From assembly GCA_051546255.1 (NCBI GenBank), contig CP128815.1, positions 930,001 through 994,000 on the forward strand: 64,000 nucleotides of DNA. Reading direction: 5' to 3'. Shown here one piece after another: positions 39,344 to 49,769 of this stretch. This DNA comes from Meyerozyma guilliermondii (Eukaryota). Position numbers and translations under genes: made by a program. Position 1 is the stretch's first letter. Every line of letters begins with the position of its first letter. The notes under the pieces are model-generated. The model ran no database searches, was not told the origin of the DNA, and saw only the letters and a program-made list of their open reading frames with translations.

Positions 39344-40837
39344 ATGACCATCATGGGAAGGCAGTTGTCGCTAGGTGTTCGTCGTATTGGAACCCTCTAC
39401 TCCGCGTCATATCGTCTGCTATCAACAAATCATGGGTTTGCTGTTTCGAAACCTGGTTACCGGAGATTAGGCTTTTCCCCGGTGGCGACGTCTCGGTATA
39501 ATTTACGTCCTGTGACACTCTTGAGGTTTCACAGGAGTAAATCTGACAAGGCTGAGAGCACTGAAAAGACTGAAAGGGCAGAAACAATCTTGCAAAAAGC
39601 AGAAACTCAGGAGTTGTTGCCTATCAAAGATGGCCCAAGTACTCTGCTTGCTAAGCCTGAAGACAGCGAAGTTCCCAAGCCTACTCTTTGGGAGAAAGTC
39701 AAGCATGAGGTTCAGCATTACTGGGATGGTACCAAGTTACTCGGTTACGAAATGAAAGTGTCTACAAAATTGCTTTTCAAATTAGCCGCAGGATACGAAT
39801 TGTCCAGAAGAGAGAAAAACCAGTTGCAACGTACTATGGTCGATGTGATCAGATTGGTTCCCTTTTCCATGTTTGTGCTTATTCCGTTCGCTGAATTGCT
39901 CTTACCTGTAGCTTTGAAATTGTTTCCCAACTTGTTACCATCGACGTATGAATCGAAGAAGGACCGTAAGGCAAAGAAGGCAAAGTTGTCACAGACCAGA
40001 ACTTCTACTTCTGAGTACATTAAGAAAACTATGGAAGAATCCGGATTGAAATTGTCCAAAAAGATTAGTGACAAAGAAAGAGAAGCATTTGTTTCATTTT
40101 TCCATATAATCTCCAACGGTCAGAACCCATCTCGTGAGCACTTGATTCAAGTTGCTAGATTGTTCAAAAATGACCAAGTGTTGGATAACTTGTCACGGAA
40201 CCAGTTGGTAGCAATGGCAAAGTACATGTCTTTGAGACCATTCGGTAACGATTCAATTTTGAGATACCAAATCAGACATCGTTTATTAACCATCATCAAG
40301 GATGACAAGGCTATTGACTATGAGGGTGTGGAATCGTTGACTATCCCTGAATTGTACACTGCATGCCAACAGAGAGGTATTAAAACCACGGATGTTTCTC
40401 CTGGACATTTGCGAGAGGAGTTGGCTACCTGGTTAGACTTGAGATTGAGACAAAAAATCCCATCGACATTACTCATTTTGTCATCGGTATACACTTATGG
40501 AGATAAATCTCGAAGCACTGATACTTACTATGATGCATTGTTGGCGGTTTTGTCGTCTATTCCAGATGAGGTTTACAACGTTGCCAAGTTGGAATTATCG
40601 GATGACTCCAAATTGAAGTTGAATATTTTGAAGGAGCAAGACGAGATGATTAACGAGGAGAATTACCGTGAAAAGGACACCGTCAACAAGGTTAAGGATG
40701 ATATCAACTTGGACGAGTACGAAGATACCGCCAGTGAGGGTATGAAGATAGAACCAGAAGAGGAGGACAAAGTAGCAGAAAAGGAGGCCGTGAAGAAAGC
40801 CGAGGAGTCTAACGAAAAGCAAACAACTCAAAAATAA
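39344..40837 (+). CDS. MDM38: LETM1-family mitochondrial inner-membrane protein (Mdm38/Ylh47)
   Basis: Presequence; [54 protein letters not shown]38 versus YLH47 paralogue not resolved. Confidence 0.85.
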   Translation: MTIMGRQLSLGVRRIGTLYSASYRLLSTNHGFAVSKPGYRRLGFSPVATSRYNLRPVTLLRFHRSKSDKAESTEKTERAETILQKAETQELLPIKDGPSTLLAKPEDSEVPKPTLWEKVKHEVQHYWDGTKLLGYEMKVSTKLLFKLAAGYELSRREKNQLQRTMVDVIRLVPFSMFVLIPFAELLLPVALKLFPNLLPSTYESKKDRKAKKAKLSQTRTSTSEYIKKTMEESGLKLSKKISDKEREAFVSFFHIISNGQNPSREHLIQVARLFKNDQVLDNLSRNQLVAMAKYMSLRPFGNDSILRYQIRHRLLTIIKDDKAIDYEGVESLTIPELYTACQQRGIKTTDVSPGHLREELATWLDLRLRQKIPSTLLILSSVYTYGDKSRSTDTYYDALLAVLSSIPDEVYNVAKLELSDDSKLKLNILKEQDEMINEENYREKDTVNKVKDDINLDEYEDTASEGMKIEPEEEDKVAEKEAVKKAEESNEKQTTQK

Positions 40838-40913
40838 AACCATTCAGGATTGCACATAGATATTAGAGATATTTACGAATGATCGTTATGATTATCAATA
40901 AACCCTATTTATT

Positions 40914-41375
40914 TTAGTTTGTTCCGGTGGATCCAAATCCACCTTCACCTCGTACTGTTTGGTCCAACTCCTCATGTGTAATGGAAACAATTTCAGCATT
41001 GATAATCTGTTCCAAAACCAATTGGGCAATTCTGTCACCTTTAACGATTTTAAAGTCTTTATCGGAATGGTTGAAAAGGACAATTTTCACCTCACCTCTG
41101 TAATCGGCATCAATGACTCCAGCGCCTGTAGAGATTCCATGCTTGACCGCCAATCCAGATCTGGGGGCGACTCGGCCATAAGTACCAACTGGAACTATAA
41201 CGCTAATGTCAGTGCTTACCATACCTTGGCCCTTGGCAGGAATCACTGCATCCTCAGAGGAGTATAAATCGTAGCCTGCGGCCAATTCTGAACCTTTAGT
41301 GGGTAAGGTGGCTTTGTCAGACCTCAAGAAGACTTTGAGTTCTGGTCCTGTTCTTTGTTTTTTGGGGGTAGTCAT
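40914..41375 (-). CDS. DUT1: dUTPase
   Basis: All five motifs: [45 protein letters not shown]-terminal PKKQR NLS; ATG 41375. Confidence 0.97.
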   Translation of the reverse strand: MTTPKKQRTGPELKVFLRSDKATLPTKGSELAAGYDLYSSEDAVIPAKGQGMVSTDISVIVPVGTYGRVAPRSGLAVKHGISTGAGVIDADYRGEVKIVLFNHSDKDFKIVKGDRIAQLVLEQIINAEIVSITHEELDQTVRGEGGFGSTGTN

Positions 41376-41418
41376 ATCTAGGAAGAAGTGAAAAATTCGA
41401 GAGTCGCGTCGCGTCAAA

Positions 41419-41452
41419 TATGAAAGTGTCTATGAAAGTGTCTATGAAAGTC
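41419..41452. repeat. 12-bp tandem repeat (TATGAAAGTGTC x2 + partial)
   Basis: Directly visible; spans the stop codon of the upstream HMG-like ORF. Confidence 0.85.
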
Positions 41453-42530
41453 TGTCTATGTGCAAGTTGCCATTCTCTATATATATAAGACGGTCGGTGT
41501 AGGCTCTTTCAAGGTAATGCCAGTCACCAAATTTTCCTTTGATATCATTACGCCAATTGTACGATAATGAGGCATGACGTACTCTTCCCACTGAGTAAAT
41601 GTAGTCCATCACCATTGATGTTTTCCAATCGAGGATTTCATGCTTGTATTTGTGAGAGTAAATTCTCTTATCTTGCGGGCTGTACTGGACTTTTTCATGG
41701 TCAGAGAGTCCTTTCCAATGATTAGCAGCAGCAATTGAAACTGCTGCATTCTTTCGTTGGTGGACACTCAATTTTCCATCGGGAACTTGCCTGATTTCTT
41801 CTGGTGAAGGAAGGTAGTCGCTATAGTTCTGCTTATAAAAATTCAGGTACCCGCTAGAATATTTAGGAAGTCTTGAAGTGCTCATGATGAACTTGTTTCG
41901 TCTATCAGCAAGGCTCACAAACTGCTCTTTTTCTTCGACCAGTAGCTCCCTAAACAGACCGTGTCCATCTTGAGCACGAAAAAGTGTTTCTGGCCTCATG
42001 AACCGACGATTGAACGACTCTGGTATCAAGTTATCGTAGTAGTCTCTTTCAAATTCATGCGGTGATTTTTTGGCTCGAAGTTTGTCTTTTATGATTTCCC
42101 AAGGATATAGACCCAGTAATGGATACGGATTGAATCTGTGCTTATTCTCGTACCGTTTTATATACTCCACCACTTCGTATCCTCTCCATATTCTCAACAG
42201 ATGCAAATAAATATCATTTTTCATGGTATCAAAACTTTGTTTTGTGTCGTCAGAAAGGTTCTTCCATAGCCTCTTGTGTTTCTGTTTAGCTAGCAATTGA
42301 GCTTGTTGACTAAACAAGTCAAAACCACTTAGTTTGGTTGGTTGATGATGGACAAACTCTCGATAAATGGAGCTGTTTGTGTCTACATACTCTAGGTCTT
42401 GAGAGCCGAAAAGTAGTTTGTGGATGCGATGCTTCTCTTCCTGAAGCTCGGAAGATAAAATGGGATAGCCCAAGTCAAATGGTGTTTTATTCCAAAGTTT
42501 GCATTTTTGCAGAGAAATGCGTTTCAACAT
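41442..42530 (-). CDS. Uncharacterised protein with three degenerate HMG-box-like repeats, probably mitochondrial
   Basis: WKNLSDDTKQSF, FREL(CTG=S)VEEKEQF, WKGLSDHEKVQY; P...SGF/Y..F helix-1-like motifs; basic N-terminus MLKRIS. Start uncertain (another ATG ~24 nt upstream). Confidence 0.6.
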   Translation of the reverse strand: MLKRISLQKCKLWNKTPFDLGYPILSSELQEEKHRIHKLLFGSQDLEYVDTNSSIYREFVHHQPTKLSGFDLFSQQAQLLAKQKHKRLWKNLSDDTKQSFDTMKNDIYLHLLRIWRGYEVVEYIKRYENKHRFNPYPLLGLYPWEIIKDKLRAKKSPHEFERDYYDNLIPESFNRRFMRPETLFRAQDGHGLFRELLVEEKEQFVSLADRRNKFIMSTSRLPKYSSGYLNFYKQNYSDYLPSPEEIRQVPDGKLSVHQRKNAAVSIAAANHWKGLSDHEKVQYSPQDKRIYSHKYKHEILDWKTSMVMDYIYSVGRVRHASLSYNWRNDIKGKFGDWHYLERAYTDRLIYIENGNLHIDRLS

Positions 42531-42632
42531 AATGCGACAGACTACAGAGTCCATATATAGAGGACACAAAATAAATTATACCCATTTTTTTCATTATACC
42601 CAATTTCCGATGCCGTTTAGCAGCCTCCAATT

Positions 42633-43481
42633 CTAATCACCTAGAATTGCATCTTTATTCAAGGTCTCGTACAATTTCACCTTGAGCACCAATGGTGCGT
42701 TCTTGATGGTTCGAATAGCACCAGTAGGTTCGGTCGTCGAGGTACGTATGACGGTCAGCTCGTCGGTATTGAGCCGGTGGCCCAAGTATGTCAATGTGGA
42801 CTGACGAAATATACACTGGAAGAGAGTAAGTTGTAGTACCATGATCACCACATCACTTAGAATCAATTGAGGAAGTCCCAAAGGTATGATTTTCTTGAAC
42901 CACACAGTTTTCGAGGGAACATTGGGTGTGGACTCACCTATGAATGAAACAAACCACCAGGTACCATGCTCGATAACTGACAATTTATCTTCATCGGCAA
43001 TCAGTATAAGCCATGCCACCACAAGTCCATGGTATATACATACGAAAAACGTCTTTGCGTACATAAACCAGCATACGCGTCTGAAGATTATGTCTTGTCG
43101 TTCCTCCTTTTCCCATGCTTGAAGCCCATCTGCTTGATTTATGGTTCGAATCATTGTCGGCAACCAGGTTTGTTCGGCTCGGGATCGAGCCAAAGTGATG
43201 GAACCACAACTTAGGATCAGTTGAGCAGTCCCATGAAGTAGTATGGGCACTATACATGCCGAATGGCAATATTTGACAAACTGAAATGCCATCAATATAT
43301 ATACTAGTGCTTCTAATTGCTTGATGACATGGATCTGATGTCGGGTTTTATTGTGGCCGTCTTGTCTGATGGAGAAAGTATGGAGTTCCTCCTGTTCCAC
43401 TATCTTGGACGCCGACTCGGTGACGTAGCCTGGGATCTCCAGTGGTTCATCCTGTGGAAAACTGCCTGGAATAAGGGTCAT
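42633..43481 (-). CDS. Multi-pass membrane protein, DUF1746 (Dsc-complex Gld1/Vld1/Dsc4-like)
   Basis: Four hydrophobic segments; QLEALVY..., HG.WWFVSFIGE and SDVVIMVLQL resemble the DUF1746 pattern. Confidence 0.55.
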   Translation of the reverse strand: MTLIPGSFPQDEPLEIPGYVTESASKIVEQEELHTFSIRQDGHNKTRHQIHVIKQLEALVYILMAFQFVKYCHSACIVPILLHGTAQLILSCGSITLARSRAEQTWLPTMIRTINQADGLQAWEKEERQDIIFRRVCWFMYAKTFFVCIYHGLVVAWLILIADEDKLSVIEHGTWWFVSFIGESTPNVPSKTVWFKKIIPLGLPQLILSDVVIMVLQLTLFQCIFRQSTLTYLGHRLNTDELTVIRTSTTEPTGAIRTIKNAPLVLKVKLYETLNKDAILGD

Positions 43482-43597
43482 GGCTAAGTTAAACAAGTCA
43501 GTGCGATTCCAATCGATCGCTGCGGCGCGCGCTACAAAAGTGTCCTAAGAATCATGTAATTTGCTAAAAAAATACATACCCCGAGCTAAGGGTGGAA

Positions 43598-44788
43598 TTA
43601 GTTAAACAACTCACCAATGTTGGCAGGCATCTCCTCGATTTGAGTCGAGTAGAATTTTTCAATCTCTCTCATCATACCAACATCCTCATCGGTGACAAAG
43701 TTGATGGCAACACCCTTTCTACCGAAACGACCACCTCTACCGATTCTATGAATGTAGTTTTCCTTGTTGGCAGGCAAGTCGTAGTTGATAACCAAGGACA
43801 CTTGTTGCACATCGATACCTCTGGCCAACAAGTCAGTGGCAATCAATATACGAGAGGAACCCGATCTGAATTCGTTCATGATAGTGTCTCTGTCAGATTG
43901 AGGAAGGTCGGCGTGAATGGCAGAAACGGTAAAGTTCTCAGCCTTCAACTTGGTGGTCAAGAATTCAACCTTGGATCTGGTGTTACAGAAAATAACAGCT
44001 TGGGTAACGGAGATGGAGTCGTACAAGTCACACAAACAGTCAAACTTGAAGTCTTCTTGTTCAACGTTAATGTAGAATTGCTTGATACCTTCCAAAGTCA
44101 ATTCATCCTTCTTGACCAAGATTCTAACAGGGTTGTTCATAAACTTGGTAGTAACTTCCAACACATCTTGAGGCATGGTGGCAGACAACAACACAACTTG
44201 AGTGGTTTCTGGCAACAAACGGAAGATATTGTAGATCTGCTCCTTGAAACCGGACGACAACATCTCATCGGCTTCATCCATGATGAACATCTTAACCTTG
44301 TCAGTTCTGAAGAAACGACGTTCAATCATGTCGAAAACTCTACCAGGAGTACCAACAACAATTTGAACACCGGACTTGAAGGCCTCGATATCATCCTTCA
44401 TGGAGGTACCACCAATGGAAGCATGAACGGTAACGTTCAAGTATAAACCAATGTGGGTGATAACGTTTTGAATTTGCAAAGCCAATTCTCTGGTTGGAGC
44501 CAAGATCAAAGCTTGGGTAGCCTTCAAGTTCTCGTCAATTCTTTGCAAAGCAGAGATGGTGAAGGTGGCGGTCTTACCGGTACCGGATTGAGCTTGAGCC
44601 AACACATCACGTCCCTCGGTGATGGGCAAAATAGCTCTTTGTTGAATAGCGGATGGCGATTCGTAACCGTAACCGAAAATACCTCTAACGATATTTGGCT
44701 TCAAGTTCAAGTCATCGAACGAGTAGACAACATTGTCATAGTTGGTCTCGATGGTGTTAGCGTCGATTTCGTTGAATTCCTGCGACAT
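43598..44788 (-). CDS. TIF1: Translation initiation factor eIF4A
   Basis: [42 protein letters not shown]; strong high-expression codon bias. Confidence 0.98.
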   Translation of the reverse strand: MSQEFNEIDANTIETNYDNVVYSFDDLNLKPNIVRGIFGYGYESPSAIQQRAILPITEGRDVLAQAQSGTGKTATFTISALQRIDENLKATQALILAPTRELALQIQNVITHIGLYLNVTVHASIGGTSMKDDIEAFKSGVQIVVGTPGRVFDMIERRFFRTDKVKMFIMDEADEMLSSGFKEQIYNIFRLLPETTQVVLLSATMPQDVLEVTTKFMNNPVRILVKKDELTLEGIKQFYINVEQEDFKFDCLCDLYDSISVTQAVIFCNTRSKVEFLTTKLKAENFTVSAIHADLPQSDRDTIMNEFRSGSSRILIATDLLARGIDVQQVSLVINYDLPANKENYIHRIGRGGRFGRKGVAINFVTDEDVGMMREIEKFYSTQIEEMPANIGELFN

Positions 44789-45069
44789 TCTGGTTTTTCA
44801 ATAAGAAATTTCCCTGGCAATGATTTTGGGATCACAGAGAAAAAAATGATGAAAATTTGGCGCCCGTGCACCAGGCCGGGTAACACGATGCCGTCTTATC
44901 TGGCTGCAAGAAAGTTGGCTAGTGAGATGATGATTAGATGATATCGGAGTATAGTTCTTTGATCTTTCATTGATTTGAAAAGTTCTACGCTCTCGTTACT
45001 ACTCGACCAATTTTTCAATCACATACTTTTATTATATATTGTTGCAAAAATTCTAACATTTGCAAAATG

Positions 45070-46710
45070 CTACCAATCAAACACCCGTTCCGGACGACGT
45101 TGATTGCGCTCCCAAGGAAACAATTGTGGAGCTCCATGATTAAACTCGTCTTCTTCGTTAATCTCGGGATCCATTTCAACTTCATTTTCAACCAAACCAA
45201 TCTCTTGGAACCTTTCTTCGACCTGTGCTACTGTCACTTCTCCGTCTTGTTCCTTATCAACTTGAATGTCTTCCACCAACTGCTTATTATAAAGAGGGTG
45301 GCTTAAAACAAAGTCTTGAGAAGATTCGAACACACGTTCTGGTTGTTGGGAAGGATGATACCCATACCCAGGCTCAATGGTAGGTTCACCCTTTTGAGTG
45401 TCTGCAACAGCTTCTTGAGTCTCTTGTTGAGCTTGACGAGGTTCCTCATCCCATGAGCTCTTGAACTCGCCAATATCAAATGTGCTTTTATAATCGGGTT
45501 CTGGCGCCGGTGGAGGTGCATTTGCTGGGTTCCAAAGAGCGTCGGCACTTGGACGAACAGTGTCAGGAATGTGCTTGTAATTGACTGGATCACAGAGAGT
45601 GGAAGGATCAAAAGTGGATTCCTTTTCTATATGTGACTCTTTATGGGGTTGAGGGTGTTTTTCAATTGTCTTGGAAGGTTCCTCCGAAGTCCATCCTAGA
45701 ACACTTTCAATGGTATCGTGAAATTGGCCAAACCAGAGACTCCACCACTCGCCATAGGAAGGGTCATTCCAGTTCGAATTCCATGGCTTGAAAGGTCCAA
45801 TGTAATGAACGAGCTTGGTTTTGGCATTGGCACCAAAGGCAGACAGCGAACCGGAGTTGAAATAAGATGCAGCAGTTGAGTGATATCTACTAAGAGTTTC
45901 CGAAACACCAGCATACTTGGTTTCTTCAGGACCTGGAGCATAAGACAGACCACGACTTTGATTCACAGGGCTATTGTCGTCAGTAAAATGCTTAAACGCT
46001 GGTAGATACTCATATTGAGCCGACGGAGTGACATTGTATAAAAATGGCAATTTGACCCATGAAGACGTTGTAAAGCCCTGCGCTTCGTTGACGTTAGTAC
46101 GATTGGAGCACAAAAGGTCTGAAACCCAATCTGGGTTTGGATTAAAATACTGGTTTAAAAGACCCTGGTCCGCACCATCGAAGGAAACCGAGCCTTCAGA
46201 AGAAGACGCAAGTTGGCTCAAACGACCAAAGTCAGTGACATTTGGTCGCAAGAGAAACATGCCAGAGTTGAAGATGTCAGGAAACCCGCTGTCTGGTGCC
46301 GCTAAAATTTTGTTTTGTGGGAAGTCGAGGTCCAAAAGATCAACCACCGTAAGCGAACCGTTAATGTTCGGAAGTGTATCGGCGTCCAAGTAAAGAATCT
46401 TGTCATACTGAGTCAAGGACCAGAGAAGAATTTTGCTGTATGTTTTGTTAAGGTCCGGTCTGCCCAAGTCGTTATTCAATGTATCAATATCCTTGGTACT
46501 TATAGGGTCGATATCAACCAAGTCGTCATAAAACTGACTCAAAAGCAGCAAATGGTTTTGGGTGAAAGCCTGCTTATCGATAAGAACACATAACTTTGGA
46601 CTTGTTACGGTCTGGGATTTGGCAAGGAGCTTTTTCAATGCAATTGCTAATACTAATGCTCCTGGCAAGTAATCATCACTGTAAAGTAAGGTGAAGATTG
46701 CGGAGGTCAT
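45070..46710 (-). CDS. GLG1: Glycogenin (GT8)
   Basis: YLPGALVL, LGRPDL..TYSK, YLDAD, PDSGFPDIFNSG, SFDGADQGLLN, YEYLPAF, HYIG..KPW, C-terminal FPWE; lies between TIF1 and RPS21 as GLG1/GLG2 do. Confidence 0.92.
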   Translation of the reverse strand: MTSAIFTLLYSDDYLPGALVLAIALKKLLAKSQTVTSPKLCVLIDKQAFTQNHLLLLSQFYDDLVDIDPISTKDIDTLNNDLGRPDLNKTYSKILLWSLTQYDKILYLDADTLPNINGSLTVVDLLDLDFPQNKILAAPDSGFPDIFNSGMFLLRPNVTDFGRLSQLASSSEGSVSFDGADQGLLNQYFNPNPDWVSDLLCSNRTNVNEAQGFTTSSWVKLPFLYNVTPSAQYEYLPAFKHFTDDNSPVNQSRGLSYAPGPEETKYAGVSETLSRYHSTAASYFNSGSLSAFGANAKTKLVHYIGPFKPWNSNWNDPSYGEWWSLWFGQFHDTIESVLGWTSEEPSKTIEKHPQPHKESHIEKESTFDPSTLCDPVNYKHIPDTVRPSADALWNPANAPPPAPEPDYKSTFDIGEFKSSWDEEPRQAQQETQEAVADTQKGEPTIEPGYGYHPSQQPERVFESSQDFVLSHPLYNKQLVEDIQVDKEQDGEVTVAQVEERFQEIGLVENEVEMDPEINEEDEFNHGAPQLFPWERNQRRPERVFDW

Positions 46711-47310
46711 GGCAGCAATTTCTGGGGCCACACTTCCAAAACGGCTGCTTTGCTATGACACAAGTGAATGGGGTGAACGTATAATGAGAATGCTCGAGTG
46801 ACTGTCTTTTCAGGCTATTCAAGGATGCTCAATGCCTCTTTTAAATATTTGCCTATGCTTCTGGAGAGATGAGAACCCAAATGGAAACTTAAAGATGAAG
46901 GTTTTTTATAATAGTTCAAGCCAACTTTTATGTGAATTAGGGTTTTCAGAATCCTTCGAATTGCTTTAATGTTGCCAAAGTCTCAATGCCCACAAATAAC
47001 AAGGATAATGTTTCCGGAGTTTCGGAGATCCCCACGCCATTCCGTGCAGGAGATGCGGAGCTGGATGAGGTGCTATCGTTGCCTAATTCGTCTAATTAGA
47101 GACACATATCCATATGAGGTAGAACCCACCAAGCTTCAAATACACCAACTAGGCACCATTTGATGTAGTGAAGTCAATATATAGATTAATCTCGTACTTC
47201 ATCACCTTCACATCTATCATCATTTCAAATCCTTTTTCTTCATTTTCTCTACATTCACTACATTTGTTCACAATTATGACATTAGATATACAACGGACAC
47301 ACCCAATACC

Positions 47311-47815
47311 TTAACGGGAGTAAGACCAGACGTTCTTCAACAAACCATCTTGTTGAGCCAATCTGTTCAATGAGTCGTCAGCTTCACCTCTACCTCTAAT
47401 GTATCCGGACAAAGCGTATGTGATGTTGTCACCGGCAATGGCTCTTCCCTCCTCATCGACCTTGGCGATGTTGATTTGGACAGAGGCATGGTCCTTAGCC
47501 TTGATGATTCTGTTGGTGGCAGAACACTTTCTTGGAACGTACAATTCCACCTGATGGTTAGTATGGAGCAAAATATTGGGGCCCTGAAGCTACACGGTCA
47601 CCAAATGGGTCACCATAAGGCGATGACTATGTGAACAGCACAAGATTATTGCTGAATATACCTTGGAATCATCATGAATTCGATGTCTTTAACGCTTCAA
47701 GAATTCCCCCTTTCAAGTCTTTCTCGACAGTTTGGACCATATAAGACTTATAACAGTGTGTATAAGTCACACTTGGCTAGATTTTACTTACTAATTGACC
47801 CTTGTCGTTTTCCAT
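47311..47815 (-). CDS. RPS21: 40S ribosomal protein eS21, two exons (47815-47792, 47550-47311)
   Basis: [24 protein letters not shown]...NVWSYSR; 241-nt intron 47791-47551 GTAAGT...TACTAAC-CATCAG. Confidence 0.97.
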
Positions 47816-47850
47816 CTTGTTGTATGACTATAGTTGACTTCGTAGTTGAT

Positions 47851-47929
47851 CGAAAATTTTCACACCTCGAAATGGTGTGCACACATTGCTAGGGTAGAGC
47901 CCTACACGAGAGAAAGACCAACACGTGAC
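47851..47929. promoter_or_regulatory. RPS21 promoter: RRPE, Tbf1-like palindrome and Cbf1 site
   Basis: TGAAAATTTT (minus strand, ~47853-47862), TAGGG-N5-CCCTA (47890-47904), CACGTGAC (47922-47929). Confidence 0.7.
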
Positions 47930-48084
47930 CAAACAAATTGCCAGTTATAAACCATCAATCCCGTGGCCACTGGTCGTTTGTTATCATCAAACTAGTTGTT
48001 TATACCACCTTCTGTCTACTTTGCACTTTTGCACCTCCTTTATTATCTCTACCTATTTTTGGTATCTGCAGGAATGGGTGCAAA

Positions 48085-49683
48085 TTATACCCGAATCAAG
48101 ACCGCTACCGATTCCACATGATGGGTTTGTGGAAAAAAATCGAAACCCTTTATACTTTCAACCTTGTAATTTGCACCGTTCACGGTGTTGTTGAGGAACC
48201 ATTCCACATCTCTTGCTTGTGAATGAACATTGCAACTAATGTAGACAATTTTGACTGGATTGTATTCTGATAACTGATTCAAAAAGACATCATCACATCC
48301 TTTACGAGGAGGGTCAAGGATCACAGATGTTTGCAGAGCAGGCGTATCTATGTCCTTGAATATTTCCTCAGCTTTACCAACAATGAATTTGACATTGGCA
48401 ATATTATTATTGGCGGCATTCCTCTCGGCAAACTTGACGGAATCTGCACTTACTTCGACACCTATCACCTTTTTGACATTATCGGAGCACGAGATGGAAA
48501 ATAGTCCAGATCCACAATACGCATCTACCAAGTAATTATCTTGTTTGTCTGAAATTGCAAGATTGGAGCGAACGTATTGTAATACCGCTGGAAGAATAGA
48601 ATTGTTATTTTGAAAGAACTCACCAGCGGAAAACTCAAACTCACGCCCATCAACAACTTCTCGCACGATCTGTCGGCTGTTGGTCACACAAGTCTTGATA
48701 CTATCATTGTCCTTGATTGTGGAAACTTCACCACTCTCATTTGTAGACCCTACAAGATCGGTGTCGTTAATGCTAGTGTTTTCACGGAGAAGAATAGTAG
48801 CACCTTTCTTGTACTTTTCAAACTCTTTTTTGAATCGCAAACGCTCATTTTTCATTCCAACATTCACAATTGGAGTTCCAATGCTACATTCTTCAATGTC
48901 CAATATTGAACCCGAACCTCCATCTGTATTTCTCCATTCAGGTCTTCCTTTGGATCCGAATCCTAGCGGTGGAAGCGGCATGTTCTCCGGCTTCTTGTAG
49001 GGAAGGTTGAAATGTGGGGTTAATTTGGTCCTGTAATTATATTGTAAAGGTGATGGTTCAGTGGAGTCCACTTTCGGTAACAAGTTAGCTGCCATGAGTT
49101 TTGGTGCAAAATGGGTGTATGCGTTCTCTATTGTCTGTTTTTTGAACACAAGTTGCTGGTCGTAGGCTACATTCTGAAATTGACATCCAGAGCATTTACC
49201 GAAATAACGACAATTGATGAGCAGATCATCTCTCAAGGCGGATGGCTCCTCGATAGACAAAAGATCAGCCTCAGCGTACAAGGGATGTGTCTTGAATACC
49301 CTCACCGTAACGATGTCTCCTGGAAGTCCAAAAGGTACCAATATAATCTGTTTTCCAGCTTCATTAGTAGGATGTTGAATCACAGACAACCCGTCTCCAT
49401 TCGAACTCAATTGTCGTATCTTGACATTTTGTACTTCTCGGTGATATTTGGATGCAATTTCAGGCTCGTTGAGGATCCCAGGCATGTCATTAGCAATATC
49501 AGATTCGTGGAGAGAAACAGACTTCATCAATAAATCAATCTCATGCTTTAATACACCCAATGGCGAGGTTTCTTCTACAGCTTTTGCCTTATATTTACGT
49601 CGAACAACCTTCTTCTGCTTCTTGTGGCCCGTTCCCGGGTCATTTCCCGCACGTTTGCGATCGTTCGTAACAGCTGGAGTCAT
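48085..49683 (-). CDS. TRM2: tRNA (uracil-5)-methyltransferase Trm2
   Basis: TRAM domain, CRYFGKCSGCQFQ, YRTKLTPHF, FFQNN, DAYCGSGLF, DPPRKGC, YISCN, FDFFPQTHHVE. Confidence 0.96.
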   Translation of the reverse strand: MTPAVTNDRKRAGNDPGTGHKKQKKVVRRKYKAKAVEETSPLGVLKHEIDLLMKSVSLHESDIANDMPGILNEPEIASKYHREVQNVKIRQLSSNGDGLSVIQHPTNEAGKQIILVPFGLPGDIVTVRVFKTHPLYAEADLLSIEEPSALRDDLLINCRYFGKCSGCQFQNVAYDQQLVFKKQTIENAYTHFAPKLMAANLLPKVDSTEPSPLQYNYRTKLTPHFNLPYKKPENMPLPPLGFGSKGRPEWRNTDGGSGSILDIEECSIGTPIVNVGMKNERLRFKKEFEKYKKGATILLRENTSINDTDLVGSTNESGEVSTIKDNDSIKTCVTNSRQIVREVVDGREFEFSAGEFFQNNNSILPAVLQYVRSNLAISDKQDNYLVDAYCGSGLFSISCSDNVKKVIGVEVSADSVKFAERNAANNNIANVKFIVGKAEEIFKDIDTPALQTSVILDPPRKGCDDVFLNQLSEYNPVKIVYISCNVHSQARDVEWFLNNTVNGANYKVESIKGFDFFPQTHHVESVAVLIRV

Positions 49684-49769
49684 TATAAAAATAACCGATG
49701 CGATGACTTGTATGTGCTATCGGACCGACTGCATACAATCGATCCAATGGGCAAGCAGCCCAAGGTAAG

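Noticed and set aside
43592..44446. 284-aa ORF antisense to TIF1
   Set aside because: Mirror-frame by-product of strong codon bias in a highly expressed gene; non-ATG start; no protein-like motifs.
44846..44960. ATGATGA box-C-like motifs upstream of TIF1
   Set aside because: No CTGA D box or terminal stem; better explained as RRPE/PAC-like promoter sequence.
47600..47680. Possible intronic C/D snoRNA in the RPS21 intron (ATGATGA present)
   Set aside because: No downstream CTGA on the sense strand before the branchpoint.
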